Shown: positions 10,952-19,477 of the stretch, piece by piece
Numbering within the stretch: position 1 is the first letter of the stretch
Layout of the letters: each line of letters starts with the position of its first letter
From: Delftia acidovorans NBRC 14950
Lineage (GTDB): Bacteria > Pseudomonadota > Gammaproteobacteria > Burkholderiales > Burkholderiaceae_C
Length of the DNA: 32,000 bases
Direction: 5' to 3'
Assembly (NCBI RefSeq): GCF_001598795.1
Contig: NZ_BCZP01000010.1
Coordinates: 150,001 to 182,000 of the forward strand
The notes under the pieces: model-generated
The model's input: only the letters and a program-made list of their open reading frames with translations
The model's database searches: none
Told to the model about the DNA's origin: nothing
Position numbers and translations under genes: made by a program

Positions 10952-10984
10952 GTCTTCCTGCCCTGCGCCAGAACGCAGGCGCCC

Positions 10985-12082
10985 TCACCGCTCATCGAAC
11001 GACAGCACCACGCGCTCGGTCAGCGGATGCGCCTGGCAGGTCAGGACAAAGCCGCAGGCGACTTCGTTCTTGTCGAGGGCGAAGTTGCGCTCCATGCGCA
11101 CCTCGCCCTCGACCACCTTGGCGCGGCAGGTGCCGCAGACGCCCGAGGTGCAGGAATAGGGCACTTCCAGCCCGGCCGAGGAGGCCGCGTCCAGGATGCT
11201 GGCCTGGCCGCGCGTGAAGGGGATCTCGCGCGAGAGGCCATCGCGCACCAGGGTGATGCGGGCGGTGGCGGCGTCGCCGGGCTGGGCCTCGTGCACCACG
11301 GCGCCCACCGTACCCTGGCCTGCGGCCGGCAGGGCCACGCCGAAGCGCTCGATGTGGATGCGCTCCTCGGCCACGCCGGCGGCCAGCAGGGCGGCCTCGG
11401 CCTCGTCGTTCATCTGGAAGGGGCCGCAGATGTAGACATGGTCGATGTGCGCGGCCGGCACCACGCCCTGCAGGAATTCGGCGATCTTGCTGCGGTCCAT
11501 CACACCCATGTTCAGCGGCAGGTCGGTGTGCTCGTCCGAGAACACATGCTGCAGCGACAGCCGCGACATGTAGCGGTTCTTGAGGTCCTCGATCTCCTCC
11601 TTGAACATGGTGGACTGCAGCTGGCGGTTGCCGTAGATCAGCGTGAAGCGGCTGGCGGGCTCGCGCGCCAGCACGGTCTTCATGATGGACAGGATGGGCG
11701 TGATGCCGCTGCCGCCGGCGACGCCTACATGGTGGCGCGCGGCCCCGGGCTCGATGGGCACGAAGAAGCGGCCCTGGGGCGCCATGACCTGCAGCGTGTC
11801 GCCGGGGCGCAGATGCTCGTTGATCCAGTTGGAGAACTGGCCGCCGCGCACCTTGCGCACGCCCACGCGCAGCTCGCCGTCATCCACGCCTGCGCAGATG
11901 GAGTAGCTGCGGCGCAGGTCCTGGCCGTCGATCTGGTGGCGCAGGGTGAGGTACTGGCCCTGGGTGAAGCCGAAGACCTCGCGCAGCGCGGGCGGCACGT
12001 CGAAGGAGACGACCACGGCCTCGGCCGTGTCGGGCGCAATGCTGCGCACGCGCAGCGGGTGGAACATCGTGGTCGTGGTCAT
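10985..12082 (-). CDS. paaE: Phenylacetyl-CoA 1,2-epoxidase reductase subunit PaaE
   Basis: MTTTTMFHPLRVRSI opens the protein. It has the FNR-type FAD motif RSYSIC, the NAD motif GVAGGSGITP, and a C-terminal plant-type 2Fe-2S cluster CTSGVCGTCRAK...C. It is the lower part of track ORF 10985..13048. Confidence 0.93.
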   Translation of the reverse strand: MTTTTMFHPLRVRSIAPDTAEAVVVSFDVPPALREVFGFTQGQYLTLRHQIDGQDLRRSYSICAGVDDGELRVGVRKVRGGQFSNWINEHLRPGDTLQVMAPQGRFFVPIEPGAARHHVGVAGGSGITPILSIMKTVLAREPASRFTLIYGNRQLQSTMFKEEIEDLKNRYMSRLSLQHVFSDEHTDLPLNMGVMDRSKIAEFLQGVVPAAHIDHVYICGPFQMNDEAEAALLAAGVAEERIHIERFGVALPAAGQGTVGAVVHEAQPGDAATARITLVRDGLSREIPFTRGQASILDAASSAGLEVPYSCTSGVCGTCRAKVVEGEVRMERNFALDKNEVACGFVLTCQAHPLTERVVLSFDER

Positions 12083-12648
12083 ATCGGCTTGAAGTGTTCG
12101 AAGGGTTCGCGGCAGTCCAGGCAGCGGTGCAGGGCCTTGCAGGCCGTGGCGCCGAAGGCCGAAAGCCGCTCGGTGTGCGCGCTGCCGCAGTGCGGGCAGG
12201 CAACGGGTTCGGGCACGGCAATGCCCTGGCGCCTGCGCACCAGGCGGATGGGCGAGGTGCCTTCCGGCAGGCCGGCGTCGCCGCAGCGCCCGGGCGGCGC
12301 GATGCCGTACTCGCGCAGCTTGCGCCGGCCGTCGTCGCTGATCCAGTCCGTGGTCCAGGCCGGGGCGCGGCGCAGCACGGCGCGCGCGGGGCCCAGGCCT
12401 GCGGCCTCGATGGCATCGAGCACGCTGCGCTCGATGACCTCGGTGGCGGGGCAACCCGAGTAGGTGGGCGTGAGCACGATCTCCATGCCCTGGCCTTCGG
12501 GCAGGGCATGGACCTCGCGCACGATGCCCAGCTCGCAGACCGAGATCACGGGCACCTCGGGATCGGGCACGTCCTGCAGCGCGGCCCAGGCCAGGCGCTC
12601 GCGCTCGGCCAAGGCGGATGTGACGGCCACAAGCCGTGCGGCAGCCAT
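12079..12648 (-). CDS. paaD: Phenylacetyl-CoA epoxidase subunit PaaD
   Basis: MAAARLVAV...DVPDPEVPVISVCELGIVREV...TPTYSGCPA resembles an Fe-S assembly (SufT/MIP18-like) domain. A C-terminal CPHCGS...CLDC cluster follows. It overlaps paaE by 4 nt and shares 1 nt with the paaC stop. Confidence 0.9.
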   Translation of the reverse strand: MAAARLVAVTSALAERERLAWAALQDVPDPEVPVISVCELGIVREVHALPEGQGMEIVLTPTYSGCPATEVIERSVLDAIEAAGLGPARAVLRRAPAWTTDWISDDGRRKLREYGIAPPGRCGDAGLPEGTSPIRLVRRRQGIAVPEPVACPHCGSAHTERLSAFGATACKALHRCLDCREPFEHFKPI

Positions 12649-13436
12649 CACCACACCCCGCCCGGATAGGCGCGCTGCAGGTGCTGCATCTCGGCCAGGA
12701 TGAAGCCCATGTGCTCGCTGTGAACGCCGTTGCGGCCCGTGCTGCGGAAGGCGGATTCGGCTGGCATGTCCAGCGTGGCCTCCTGCAGCAGGGCGGCCAT
12801 TTCGGCCTGCCAGGGCTCGCGCAGCTCGGACCAGGCCGGACCCAGGCCGCTGGCGCGCGCGGCAGCGTCCGTGGCGTCGTCGGTGAACAGCTCGGCCGCG
12901 TAGCGCCACAGCTGGGCCAGCGCCGCCTCCATGCGCTGGCGCGATTCCTCGGTGCCGTCGCCCAGGCGCACCACCCAGTCGCCCGCGTGCTGCTCGTGGT
13001 AGCGCGCCTCCTTGAGCGCCTTGGCGGCGATGGCGGCCAGCTCGGCATCGCTGGAGTGCACCAGGCGCTCCCACATCAGGCGCAGCCAGGTGGCGGCCAT
13101 GGCGTTGCGCAGCACGGTGAAGGCGAAGTCGCCGCGCGGCAGCTCGGCCAGCGTGGCGTTGAAGTAGTCGCGCTCGTCGCGCAGAAAGGCGAGCTGGTCC
13201 TCGTCGTGCGCGCGGCCTTCAAGCTGGCCGGCGCGGGTCAGCAGGGCTCGTGCCTGGCCGACCAGGTCCAGCGCCATGTTGGTCATGGCGATGTCCTCTT
13301 CGAGGATGGGCGCGTGGCCGCACCACTGGCCCAGGCGCTGGGCCAGGATCAGGCAGGTATCGCCCAGGCGCAGCAGGTACTGCACCTCGGGACGGGCGTC
13401 GATGGCGATGGAGGAGGCCGAGGCGGAGGCGTTCAT
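12648..13436 (-). CDS. paaC: Phenylacetyl-CoA epoxidase subunit PaaC
   Basis: Track ORF of 262 aa reading LLRLGDTCLILAQRLGQWCGHAPILEEDIAMTNMALDLVGQAR, a ferritin-like non-catalytic beta subunit. It sits between paaB and paaD. Confidence 0.9.
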   Translation of the reverse strand: MNASASASSIAIDARPEVQYLLRLGDTCLILAQRLGQWCGHAPILEEDIAMTNMALDLVGQARALLTRAGQLEGRAHDEDQLAFLRDERDYFNATLAELPRGDFAFTVLRNAMAATWLRLMWERLVHSSDAELAAIAAKALKEARYHEQHAGDWVVRLGDGTEESRQRMEAALAQLWRYAAELFTDDATDAAARASGLGPAWSELREPWQAEMAALLQEATLDMPAESAFRSTGRNGVHSEHMGFILAEMQHLQRAYPGGVW

Positions 13437-13449
13437 GGCTGCACCCCGC

Positions 13450-13755
13450 TCACATGTGGTCCACCGAGGGCGGCAGCTGGTAGAAGGTCGGATGGCGGTA
13501 GACCTTGTCCTGGGCCGGGTCGAAGAACATGTCCTTGTCGCCGGGGTCGCTGGCCACGATCTGGTCCGAGCGCACCACCCAGACGCTCACGCCCTCCTGG
13601 CGCCGCGTGTAGACATCGCGCGCCATCTGCAGCGCCATCTGCGGGTCGGCCGCATGCAGGCTGCCGCAGTGCTTGTGGTCCAGGCCGGCCTTGCTGCGGA
13701 CGAAGACTTCCCACAGCGGCCATTCGTTGGTGATGTTCTGTTCGACGGTGGTCAT
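13450..13755 (-). CDS. paaB: Phenylacetyl-CoA epoxidase subunit PaaB
   Basis: 101-aa ORF reading [41 protein letters not shown], characteristic of PaaB. It overlaps the paaA stop by 4 nt. Confidence 0.93.
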   Translation of the reverse strand: MTTVEQNITNEWPLWEVFVRSKAGLDHKHCGSLHAADPQMALQMARDVYTRRQEGVSVWVVRSDQIVASDPGDKDMFFDPAQDKVYRHPTFYQLPPSVDHM

Positions 13756-14774
13756 GCGGCCTCCTTGCGGGTCTGGTTTCTCTGTGTCTGCTTGCGGGCA
13801 TGGGCCAGGGCGGCCTCGCGCACCCAGGCGCCTTCGTCCCAGGCCTTGACGCGGGCGCCCAGGCGCTCGCGGTTGCAGGGGCCGTCTCCGGCGATCACGC
13901 GCCAGAACTCGTCCCAGTCGATGGGGCCATGGTCATGGGCCTGGCGGGCCTCGTTCCATTTCAGGTCGGGGTCGGGCAGGGTCACGCCCAGCACCTTGGC
14001 CTGGTCCACCGTGGCGTCGATGAACTTCTGGCGCAGCGCGTCGTTGGAGATGCGCTTGATGCCCCAGCGCATGGACTGCGCGCTGTTGGGCGACTGGTCG
14101 TCGGGCGGGCCGAACATCATGATGGACGGCCACCACCAGCGGTTGACGGCGTCCTGCACCATGGCCTTCTGCGCCTCGGTGCCCTGCTGCATCATGGTCA
14201 GCAGCGCCTCGTAGCCCTGGCGCTGGTGAAAGCTCTCCTCGCGGCAGATGCGCACCATGGCGCGCGCGTAGGGCGCATAGGAGCAGCGGCAGATGGGCAC
14301 CTGGTTCATGATGGCCGCGCCGTCCACCAGCCAGCCGATGGTGCCCATGTCGGCCCAGGTCAGCGTGGGGTAGTTGAAGATGGAGCTGTACTTGGCCTTG
14401 CCCGTGTGCAGCGCGTGCAGCATCTGGTCGCGGCTGCTGCCCAGCGTCTCGGCGGCCGCGTAGAGGTACAGGCCATGGCCGCCCTCGTCCTGCACCTTGG
14501 CCAGCAGGATGGCCTTGCGCTTGAGCGTGGGCGCGCGGCTGATCCAGTTGCCCTCGGGCAGCATGCCGACGATCTCGCTGTGCGCGTGCTGGCTGATCTG
14601 GCGCAGCAGCGTCTTGCGGTAGTTGTCGGGCATCCAGTCCTTGGCCTCGATGAATTCGCCGGCATCGATGCGCTCGTCAAAGCGCTGCTGCAGGCGCATT
14701 TCGTCGGCCGAGCGCACGGCCTTGCCGCCATCGCCCGCTTCCTTGCCCATGGTGTCCATGGCCTGGGTATACAT
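13752..14774 (-). CDS. paaA: Phenylacetyl-CoA 1,2-epoxidase catalytic subunit PaaA
   Basis: 340 aa with di-iron ferritin-like motifs ([30 protein letters not shown]). Confidence 0.95.
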   Translation of the reverse strand: MYTQAMDTMGKEAGDGGKAVRSADEMRLQQRFDERIDAGEFIEAKDWMPDNYRKTLLRQISQHAHSEIVGMLPEGNWISRAPTLKRKAILLAKVQDEGGHGLYLYAAAETLGSSRDQMLHALHTGKAKYSSIFNYPTLTWADMGTIGWLVDGAAIMNQVPICRCSYAPYARAMVRICREESFHQRQGYEALLTMMQQGTEAQKAMVQDAVNRWWWPSIMMFGPPDDQSPNSAQSMRWGIKRISNDALRQKFIDATVDQAKVLGVTLPDPDLKWNEARQAHDHGPIDWDEFWRVIAGDGPCNRERLGARVKAWDEGAWVREAALAHARKQTQRNQTRKEAA

Positions 14775-14819
14775 GTGCGATCTCCTTCAATGAAATGGTT
14801 GACGACGGCCGGCGGTGCC

Positions 14820-16139
14820 TCAACGCGGCCGCTTGTCGTACACGCGCCGGGCCTTGCCGGTCTGCGTGCGCTCGATGGTGTCGGGATCGAAGACGCGCAC
14901 CGCCGTGGAAATGCCCACCAGGGTCTTGATGCGCTGCTGCACCCACTGCGCGATCTCGCCGCGCTCGGCATCGCCCAGGCCGCGCCGCTGCGGCTGCAGC
15001 TCGCAGTGCACCTCGACGGTGTCCAGCAGGCCTTCACGGCTGATGTGCATCTGGTACAGGCCCGTGAGGCTGGCATTGGCCAGCACGATTTCCTCGATCT
15101 GGGTCGGAAAGACGTTGACGCCGCGGATGATCATCATGTCGTCGCTGCGCCCCACGATCTTGCCCATGCGCCGGAAGCTGCGGGAGGTCGGCGCCAGCAG
15201 CCGCGTCAAATCCCGCGTGCGGTAACGAATGATGGGCATGGCTTCCTTGGACAGCGACGTGAAGACCAGCTCGCCCTCGCTGCCGTCGGGCAGCACCTCG
15301 CCCGTGTCCGGGTCGATGATCTCGGGATAGAAATGGTCTTCCCAGATCACCGGCCCGTCCTTGCTTTCCACGCATTCGCTGGCCACGCCCGGGCCCATGA
15401 CTTCGGACAGGCCGTAGATGTCCACGGCATCCAGCCCCGCCTTGCCCTCGATCTCGCGGCGCATGGCCTCGGTCCAGGGCTCGGCGCCGAAGATGCCGAT
15501 CTTGAGCGAGCTCTCGCGCGGGTCCATCCCCTGGCGCTGCATCTCCTCCACGATCACCTGCATGTAGCTGGGCGTGACCATGATGATGTCGGGCCGAAAG
15601 TCCTGGATCAGCTGCACCTGCTTTTCGGTCTGCCCGCCCGACATGGGCACCACGGTGCAACCCGCGCGCTCGGCACCGTAGTGCGCGCCCAGCCCGCCCG
15701 TGAACAGGCCGTAGCCATAGGCCACATGCACCATGTCGCCGGGCCGCCCGCCCGCCGCGCGGATGGAGCGGGCCACCAGGTTCGCCCAGTTGTCGATGTC
15801 ATTCAACGTGTAGCCCACGACCGTGGGCTTGCCCGTGGTGCCCGAGGAGGCATGCACGCGCGCCACCTTCTGGCGCGGCACGGCGAACATGCCGAACGGG
15901 TAGTTCTCGCGCAGGTCCTTCTTGGTGGTGAAGGGAAAACGGGCCAGGTCGGACAGCGTGCGCAGGTCGGACGGATGCACGCCCTTCTCGTCGAAGGCGC
16001 GCCGGTAGTGGGGCACGTTGTCGTAGGCATGCTGCAGCGACCAGCGCAGGCGCTGCAGCTGCAACGAGGCGATCTCGTCGCGGCTGGCGGTTTCGATGGG
16101 GTCGAGGTCGCCGGGGGCGGGGCGCAGGTCTTTGTTCAT
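14820..16139 (-). CDS. paaK: Phenylacetate-CoA ligase PaaK
   Basis: The protein opens MNKDLRPAPGDLDPIETASRDEIASLQLQRLRWSLQHAYDNVPHYRRAFDEKGVHPSDL. It carries the AMP-binding loop SSGTTGKPTVVGYT and ends VYDKRPR. The ATG at 16139 is in frame with track ORF 14820..16289. Confidence 0.95.
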   Translation of the reverse strand: MNKDLRPAPGDLDPIETASRDEIASLQLQRLRWSLQHAYDNVPHYRRAFDEKGVHPSDLRTLSDLARFPFTTKKDLRENYPFGMFAVPRQKVARVHASSGTTGKPTVVGYTLNDIDNWANLVARSIRAAGGRPGDMVHVAYGYGLFTGGLGAHYGAERAGCTVVPMSGGQTEKQVQLIQDFRPDIIMVTPSYMQVIVEEMQRQGMDPRESSLKIGIFGAEPWTEAMRREIEGKAGLDAVDIYGLSEVMGPGVASECVESKDGPVIWEDHFYPEIIDPDTGEVLPDGSEGELVFTSLSKEAMPIIRYRTRDLTRLLAPTSRSFRRMGKIVGRSDDMMIIRGVNVFPTQIEEIVLANASLTGLYQMHISREGLLDTVEVHCELQPQRRGLGDAERGEIAQWVQQRIKTLVGISTAVRVFDPDTIERTQTGKARRVYDKRPR

Positions 16140-16177
16140 CGGGGTTCTGGCGTCGTGAGGCAAGGGGTTCAGAATAA

Positions 16178-16236
16178 TTGACCGACCGGACGGTAGGATT
16201 ATAAGATGCAGCTTTCTTGAGCAACAAGGCTTGTTG
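16178..16236. promoter_or_regulatory. Overlapping divergent paaK / paaN promoters with a candidate TetR (PaaR) operator
   Basis: Plus strand: TTGACC (16178-16183), a 16-nt spacer, then TATAAG (16200-16205). Minus strand: TTGTTG (complement of 16222-16227), an 18-nt spacer, then TATAAT (complement of 16198-16203). The near-palindrome ACCGACCGGACGGT (16181-16194, 6 of 7 pairs) lies in the paaN spacer and just downstream of the paaK -10. A second palindrome CAACAAggcTTGTTG sits at 16222-16236. Confidence 0.5.
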
Positions 16237-16287
16237 TCCGGTACTAACCCTGATAGCGACGCCACATTCCAACCCAGGAGACATCCC

Positions 16288-17946
16288 ATGCCCGCCCACG
16301 CCCTCTACGAACGCCACCGCCCCCTGCTCGACGACGCCCTGCAGGCCCTGTCCCGCCGGGGCCACTGGTCGCCCTTCCCCGAGGCGCCCTCGCCCAAGGT
16401 CTATGGCGAGACCGCCCAGGCCCAGGGCCACGCCGCCGTGCAGGCGCTGTTCGGCAAGGACTATCCGCTGCGCCAGCCCGGTGAACGCGCCCGCGTGGCC
16501 ACCGAGCAATCGCCCTATGGCGTGGCCCTGGACATCCGCTACCCCGAGTGCGATGCCCAGGCGCTGGTGGATGCCGCCCAGGCGGCCGAGCCTGCATGGC
16601 AGGCGCTGGGACCCCAGGGCCGCACCGGCGTGCTGCTGGAGGCGCTGACGCGCATCCACCAGCGCAGCTTCGAGATCGCGCATGCCGTGATGCTGACCAC
16701 GGGCCAGGGCGCGATGATGGCCTTCCAGGCCGGCGGCCCCCATGCCCAGGACCGGGCCCTGGAAGCCATTGCCGTGGCCTGGAAGGCCATGGCCGACGTG
16801 CCTGCCGAGGCCGTCTGGGAAAAGCCCCAGGGCAAGCATGCGCCCGCCGTGCTGCACAAGCGCTTCGAGATCGTGGGGCGTGGCGTGGCCCTGGTCATCG
16901 GCTGCGCCACCTTCCCGACCTGGAACACCTACCCGGGCCTGTTCGCCGCGCTGGCCACGGGCAACCCCGTGATCGTCAAGCCCCACCCCAACGCCGTGCT
17001 GCCGGCCGCGCTCACCGTGAGCGTGCTGCGCGATGTGCTGACAGAACAGGGCCTGGACCCCAACCTCGTGACCCTGGCCGTGAGCGACAAGCCCGAATTG
17101 ACCCAGGCCCTGGCCACGCACGCGGCCGTGGCCTCCATCGACTTCACCGGCGGCAATGCCTTCGGCCAGTGGCTGCAGTCCAACGCGCCGCAGGCACGCC
17201 TGTATGCCGAGATGGCCGGCGTGAACCTGGTGGTGATCGAGTCCACCGATGCCTACGCAGGCATGCTGCGCAACCTGGCCCTGTCACTGTCGCTGTACAG
17301 CGGCCAGATGTGCACCACCACGCAGAACCTGCTGATTCCGGCCGGCGGCATAGAGACTGACCAGGGCCACAAGAGCTTCGAGCAGGTCGGCGCCGATCTG
17401 GCCGCCGCCATCGACCAGTTGCTGGCCGATCCCAAGGTGGCCTTCACCGTGCTGGGCGCCATAGGCTCTGCGCAGACCGTGGAGCGCGTGGAACAGGCGG
17501 CCACCGTGGGCCGCGCCGTGCGCGCCTCGCAAAAGCTCACCCATCCCGAGTACCCGCAGGCCGAGGTGCGCACGCCCGCGCTGCGCGCGCTGGACGTGGG
17601 GGACGCCGCCATCTACGAGCGCGAATGCTTCGGCCCCGTCTCCTACCTGGTGGCCGTGCCCTCGGCCCAGGCCGCGCGCGAGCTGGCCGAGCGCAGCGTG
17701 CGCGCGCATGGCGCGATGACGCTGGGCCTGTACTCCACGGATGCGGCCTTTGTCGATGCCGTGGCGGCCTCGGCGCTGCGCTCGCGCGTGGCCCTGTCCA
17801 TCAACCTCACGCAGGGCGTGATGGTCAACCAGTCGGCAGGCTTCTCGGACTTCCACGCCACGGGCGGCAATCCCGCGGCCAATGCCAGCTACACCACGCT
17901 GGCCTTCGTGGCCGACCGCTTCGTGGTCGTGCAGCGCAGGTGGTGA
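16288..17946 (+). CDS. paaN: Phenylacetic acid degradation protein PaaN (aldehyde-dehydrogenase-type ring-opening enzyme)
   Basis: 552 aa of the ALDH superfamily. It has the GNPVIVKPHP cofactor loop, the EMAGVN general-base region and the catalytic Cys in YSGQMCTT. AGGAG lies 7 nt upstream of the ATG at 16288. It is divergent from paaK. Confidence 0.9.
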   Translation: MPAHALYERHRPLLDDALQALSRRGHWSPFPEAPSPKVYGETAQAQGHAAVQALFGKDYPLRQPGERARVATEQSPYGVALDIRYPECDAQALVDAAQAAEPAWQALGPQGRTGVLLEALTRIHQRSFEIAHAVMLTTGQGAMMAFQAGGPHAQDRALEAIAVAWKAMADVPAEAVWEKPQGKHAPAVLHKRFEIVGRGVALVIGCATFPTWNTYPGLFAALATGNPVIVKPHPNAVLPAALTVSVLRDVLTEQGLDPNLVTLAVSDKPELTQALATHAAVASIDFTGGNAFGQWLQSNAPQARLYAEMAGVNLVVIESTDAYAGMLRNLALSLSLYSGQMCTTTQNLLIPAGGIETDQGHKSFEQVGADLAAAIDQLLADPKVAFTVLGAIGSAQTVERVEQAATVGRAVRASQKLTHPEYPQAEVRTPALRALDVGDAAIYERECFGPVSYLVAVPSAQAARELAERSVRAHGAMTLGLYSTDAAFVDAVAASALRSRVALSINLTQGVMVNQSAGFSDFHATGGNPAANASYTTLAFVADRFVVVQRRW

Positions 17947-17961
17947 GGGACCGGGCCGGGC

Positions 17962-18597
17962 CTAGGCCTGGCGGGCCTTGCGCGGCTTCTTGCCGTCCGG
18001 CACGCTGACCGCGCGCACGCCGCCGAAGAACAGCTGGGACACCATGGTGCCTATGGCGTCATGGTCCAGCGTGCCGCCCGGCTTGAGCCAGGTGAAGGTC
18101 CAGTTGATCATGCCGAACAGCAGCATGGCCAGGGGCTTGCCCAGGGCGCTGTCGGCAGGTTCTCCGCGCACCTGGGCAATGGTCTGCGCAAAGGCCGCGA
18201 CCACGCGGCGCTCCACGTCCAGGATGCGCTGCTGGTCTTCCTCGCGCAGGAAGCGCACGTCCTCGGTCAGCACGCGGTGGGCATTCTGGGCCTGGGCGTA
18301 CTCCTGGCCGAAGCCGCGGATCAGCGCATGCAGGCGCTGCTCGGGATCGGCATGGGCCTGCAGGGTGTCGTTGACCAGGGCTTCGAGGCGCAGCACATGC
18401 TCTTCGGCAATGCGCACGGCCAGGTCGTGCTTGTCGATCACATAGTGGTAGAGCGTGGCCTTGGAGACGCCGCAGGCCGCAGCCACCTCGTTCATGGAGG
18501 TGCCCGCATAGCCGCGCTGCGCGAACAGCTGGGCGGCGTGGGAGAGGATCATTTCACGCTGGCCATCGTAGCCAGCAGGGTCACGTACGCGTGCCAT
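17962..18597 (-). CDS. paaR: TetR-family transcriptional regulator; PaaR-like by context
   Basis: The N-terminal HTH reads ILSHAAQLFAQRGYAGTSMNEVAAACGVSKATLYHYV. It is convergent with paaN, 15 nt apart. The functional assignment rests on context only. Confidence 0.75.
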   Translation of the reverse strand: MARVRDPAGYDGQREMILSHAAQLFAQRGYAGTSMNEVAAACGVSKATLYHYVIDKHDLAVRIAEEHVLRLEALVNDTLQAHADPEQRLHALIRGFGQEYAQAQNAHRVLTEDVRFLREEDQQRILDVERRVVAAFAQTIAQVRGEPADSALGKPLAMLLFGMINWTFTWLKPGGTLDHDAIGTMVSQLFFGGVRAVSVPDGKKPRKARQA

Positions 18598-18788
18598 GCG
18601 GCGGCGTCCTTTCGGTAGGTGTCGTTGCCAGGGTCCGCCCGTGCGGCCCGGGCCGGAATTATGGACGGCGCAGCGGCGCGCGCCCCCGCGATTACCAGTT
18701 TTCAGGGATATGCAAAGATGCGGGCTTCGCCCACAGTCGGGCGGCCATCCTGCCCCTTTTTACGCCCGCCGCTGCGCACGCCTTTTCC

Positions 18789-19472
18789 ATGCCCGCCCAC
18801 CTGCTTGTCCCAGAGTCCACGCTTCCGGCCCCGGTGCTGGTAGTGGAGGACGAGCCGCTGATCCGCCAGCGGCTGCAGTCCGTGCTGGGCCAGCTGGGCT
18901 ACACGCCCGATGCCCTGCTGTTCGCCGGCTCCCTGGCCCAGGCCCGCGCCTGCCTGGCCGAGCCCGTGGCCCTGGCCCTGGTGGACCTGGGCCTGCCCGA
19001 CGGCAGCGGCATCGACCTGATCGCCGAGATGCGCAGCGCAGACCCGGCCGTGGGCATCCTGGTGATCTCGGCCTGGAGCACGGAGGACGCCATCCTCGCG
19101 GCGCTGCGCGCAGGCGCCACCGGCTATGTGCTCAAGGAGCGCGACGACCTGGAAGTGTCGCTGTCCATCCGCAGCGTGCTGCGCGGCGGCGCCCCCATCG
19201 ACCCCTTCATCGCGCGCCGCGTGATCGCCGAGCTGCAGGGCGCGGCACCCGCCACGCCGGAGAGCAGCGGCACCGAGTCCACGCTGAGCGCGCGCGAAAG
19301 CCAGATCCTGCGCCTGGTGGCCGATGGCCTGACCAACCGCGAGATCGCCGAGCAGCTGCACCTGTCGCGCTACACGGTGGAATGCCACATCAAGCACATC
19401 TACCGCAAGCTGGCCGTGTCCTCGCGCACGCGCGCCGTCAACACGGCACGCGTGCGCGGATTGCTGGGCTGA
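18789..19472 (+). CDS. NarL/FixJ-family response regulator (REC + LuxR HTH)
   Basis: The REC domain reads VLVVEDEPLIR...LALVDLGLPDGSG...GATGYVLK. The LuxR-type HTH reads LSARESQILRLVADGLTNREIAEQLHLSRYTVECHIKHIYRKL. It is in frame with track ORF 18591..19472. Confidence 0.9.
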   Translation: MPAHLLVPESTLPAPVLVVEDEPLIRQRLQSVLGQLGYTPDALLFAGSLAQARACLAEPVALALVDLGLPDGSGIDLIAEMRSADPAVGILVISAWSTEDAILAALRAGATGYVLKERDDLEVSLSIRSVLRGGAPIDPFIARRVIAELQGAAPATPESSGTESTLSARESQILRLVADGLTNREIAEQLHLSRYTVECHIKHIYRKLAVSSRTRAVNTARVRGLLG

Positions 19473-19477
19473 CGGCC

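Noticed and set aside
6036-10984. Search for tRNA genes, integrase/transposase genes, terminal inverted repeats or att-like direct repeats flanking the two low-GC islets
   Set aside because: I found no T-loop-like GTTCGAATC or tRNA cloverleaf, no recombinase ORF, and only a trivial 6-nt shared TGATCG near 6120 and 7770. I therefore did not call a mobile element.
13800-16181. 793-aa plus-strand ORF
   Set aside because: It is entirely antisense to paaA and paaK, which have unmistakable conserved motifs. Its composition (Ala/Gly/His/Arg/Leu/Val repeats, no motifs) is typical of a GC-rich antisense frame.
18598-18788. Possible second PaaR operator upstream of the TetR gene (shares CGGTAGG with the paaK/paaN site)
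   Set aside because: Only a 7-mer is shared and there is no dyad symmetry around it. This is insufficient for a call.
18596-19477. N-terminal 294 codons of the 950-aa track ORF 18596..21448
   Set aside because: This alternative frame lies across the response-regulator gene and is Pro/Arg/Gly-rich. The kinase proper starts at the ATG at 19478, with a signal peptide, 5 nt after the regulator stop.
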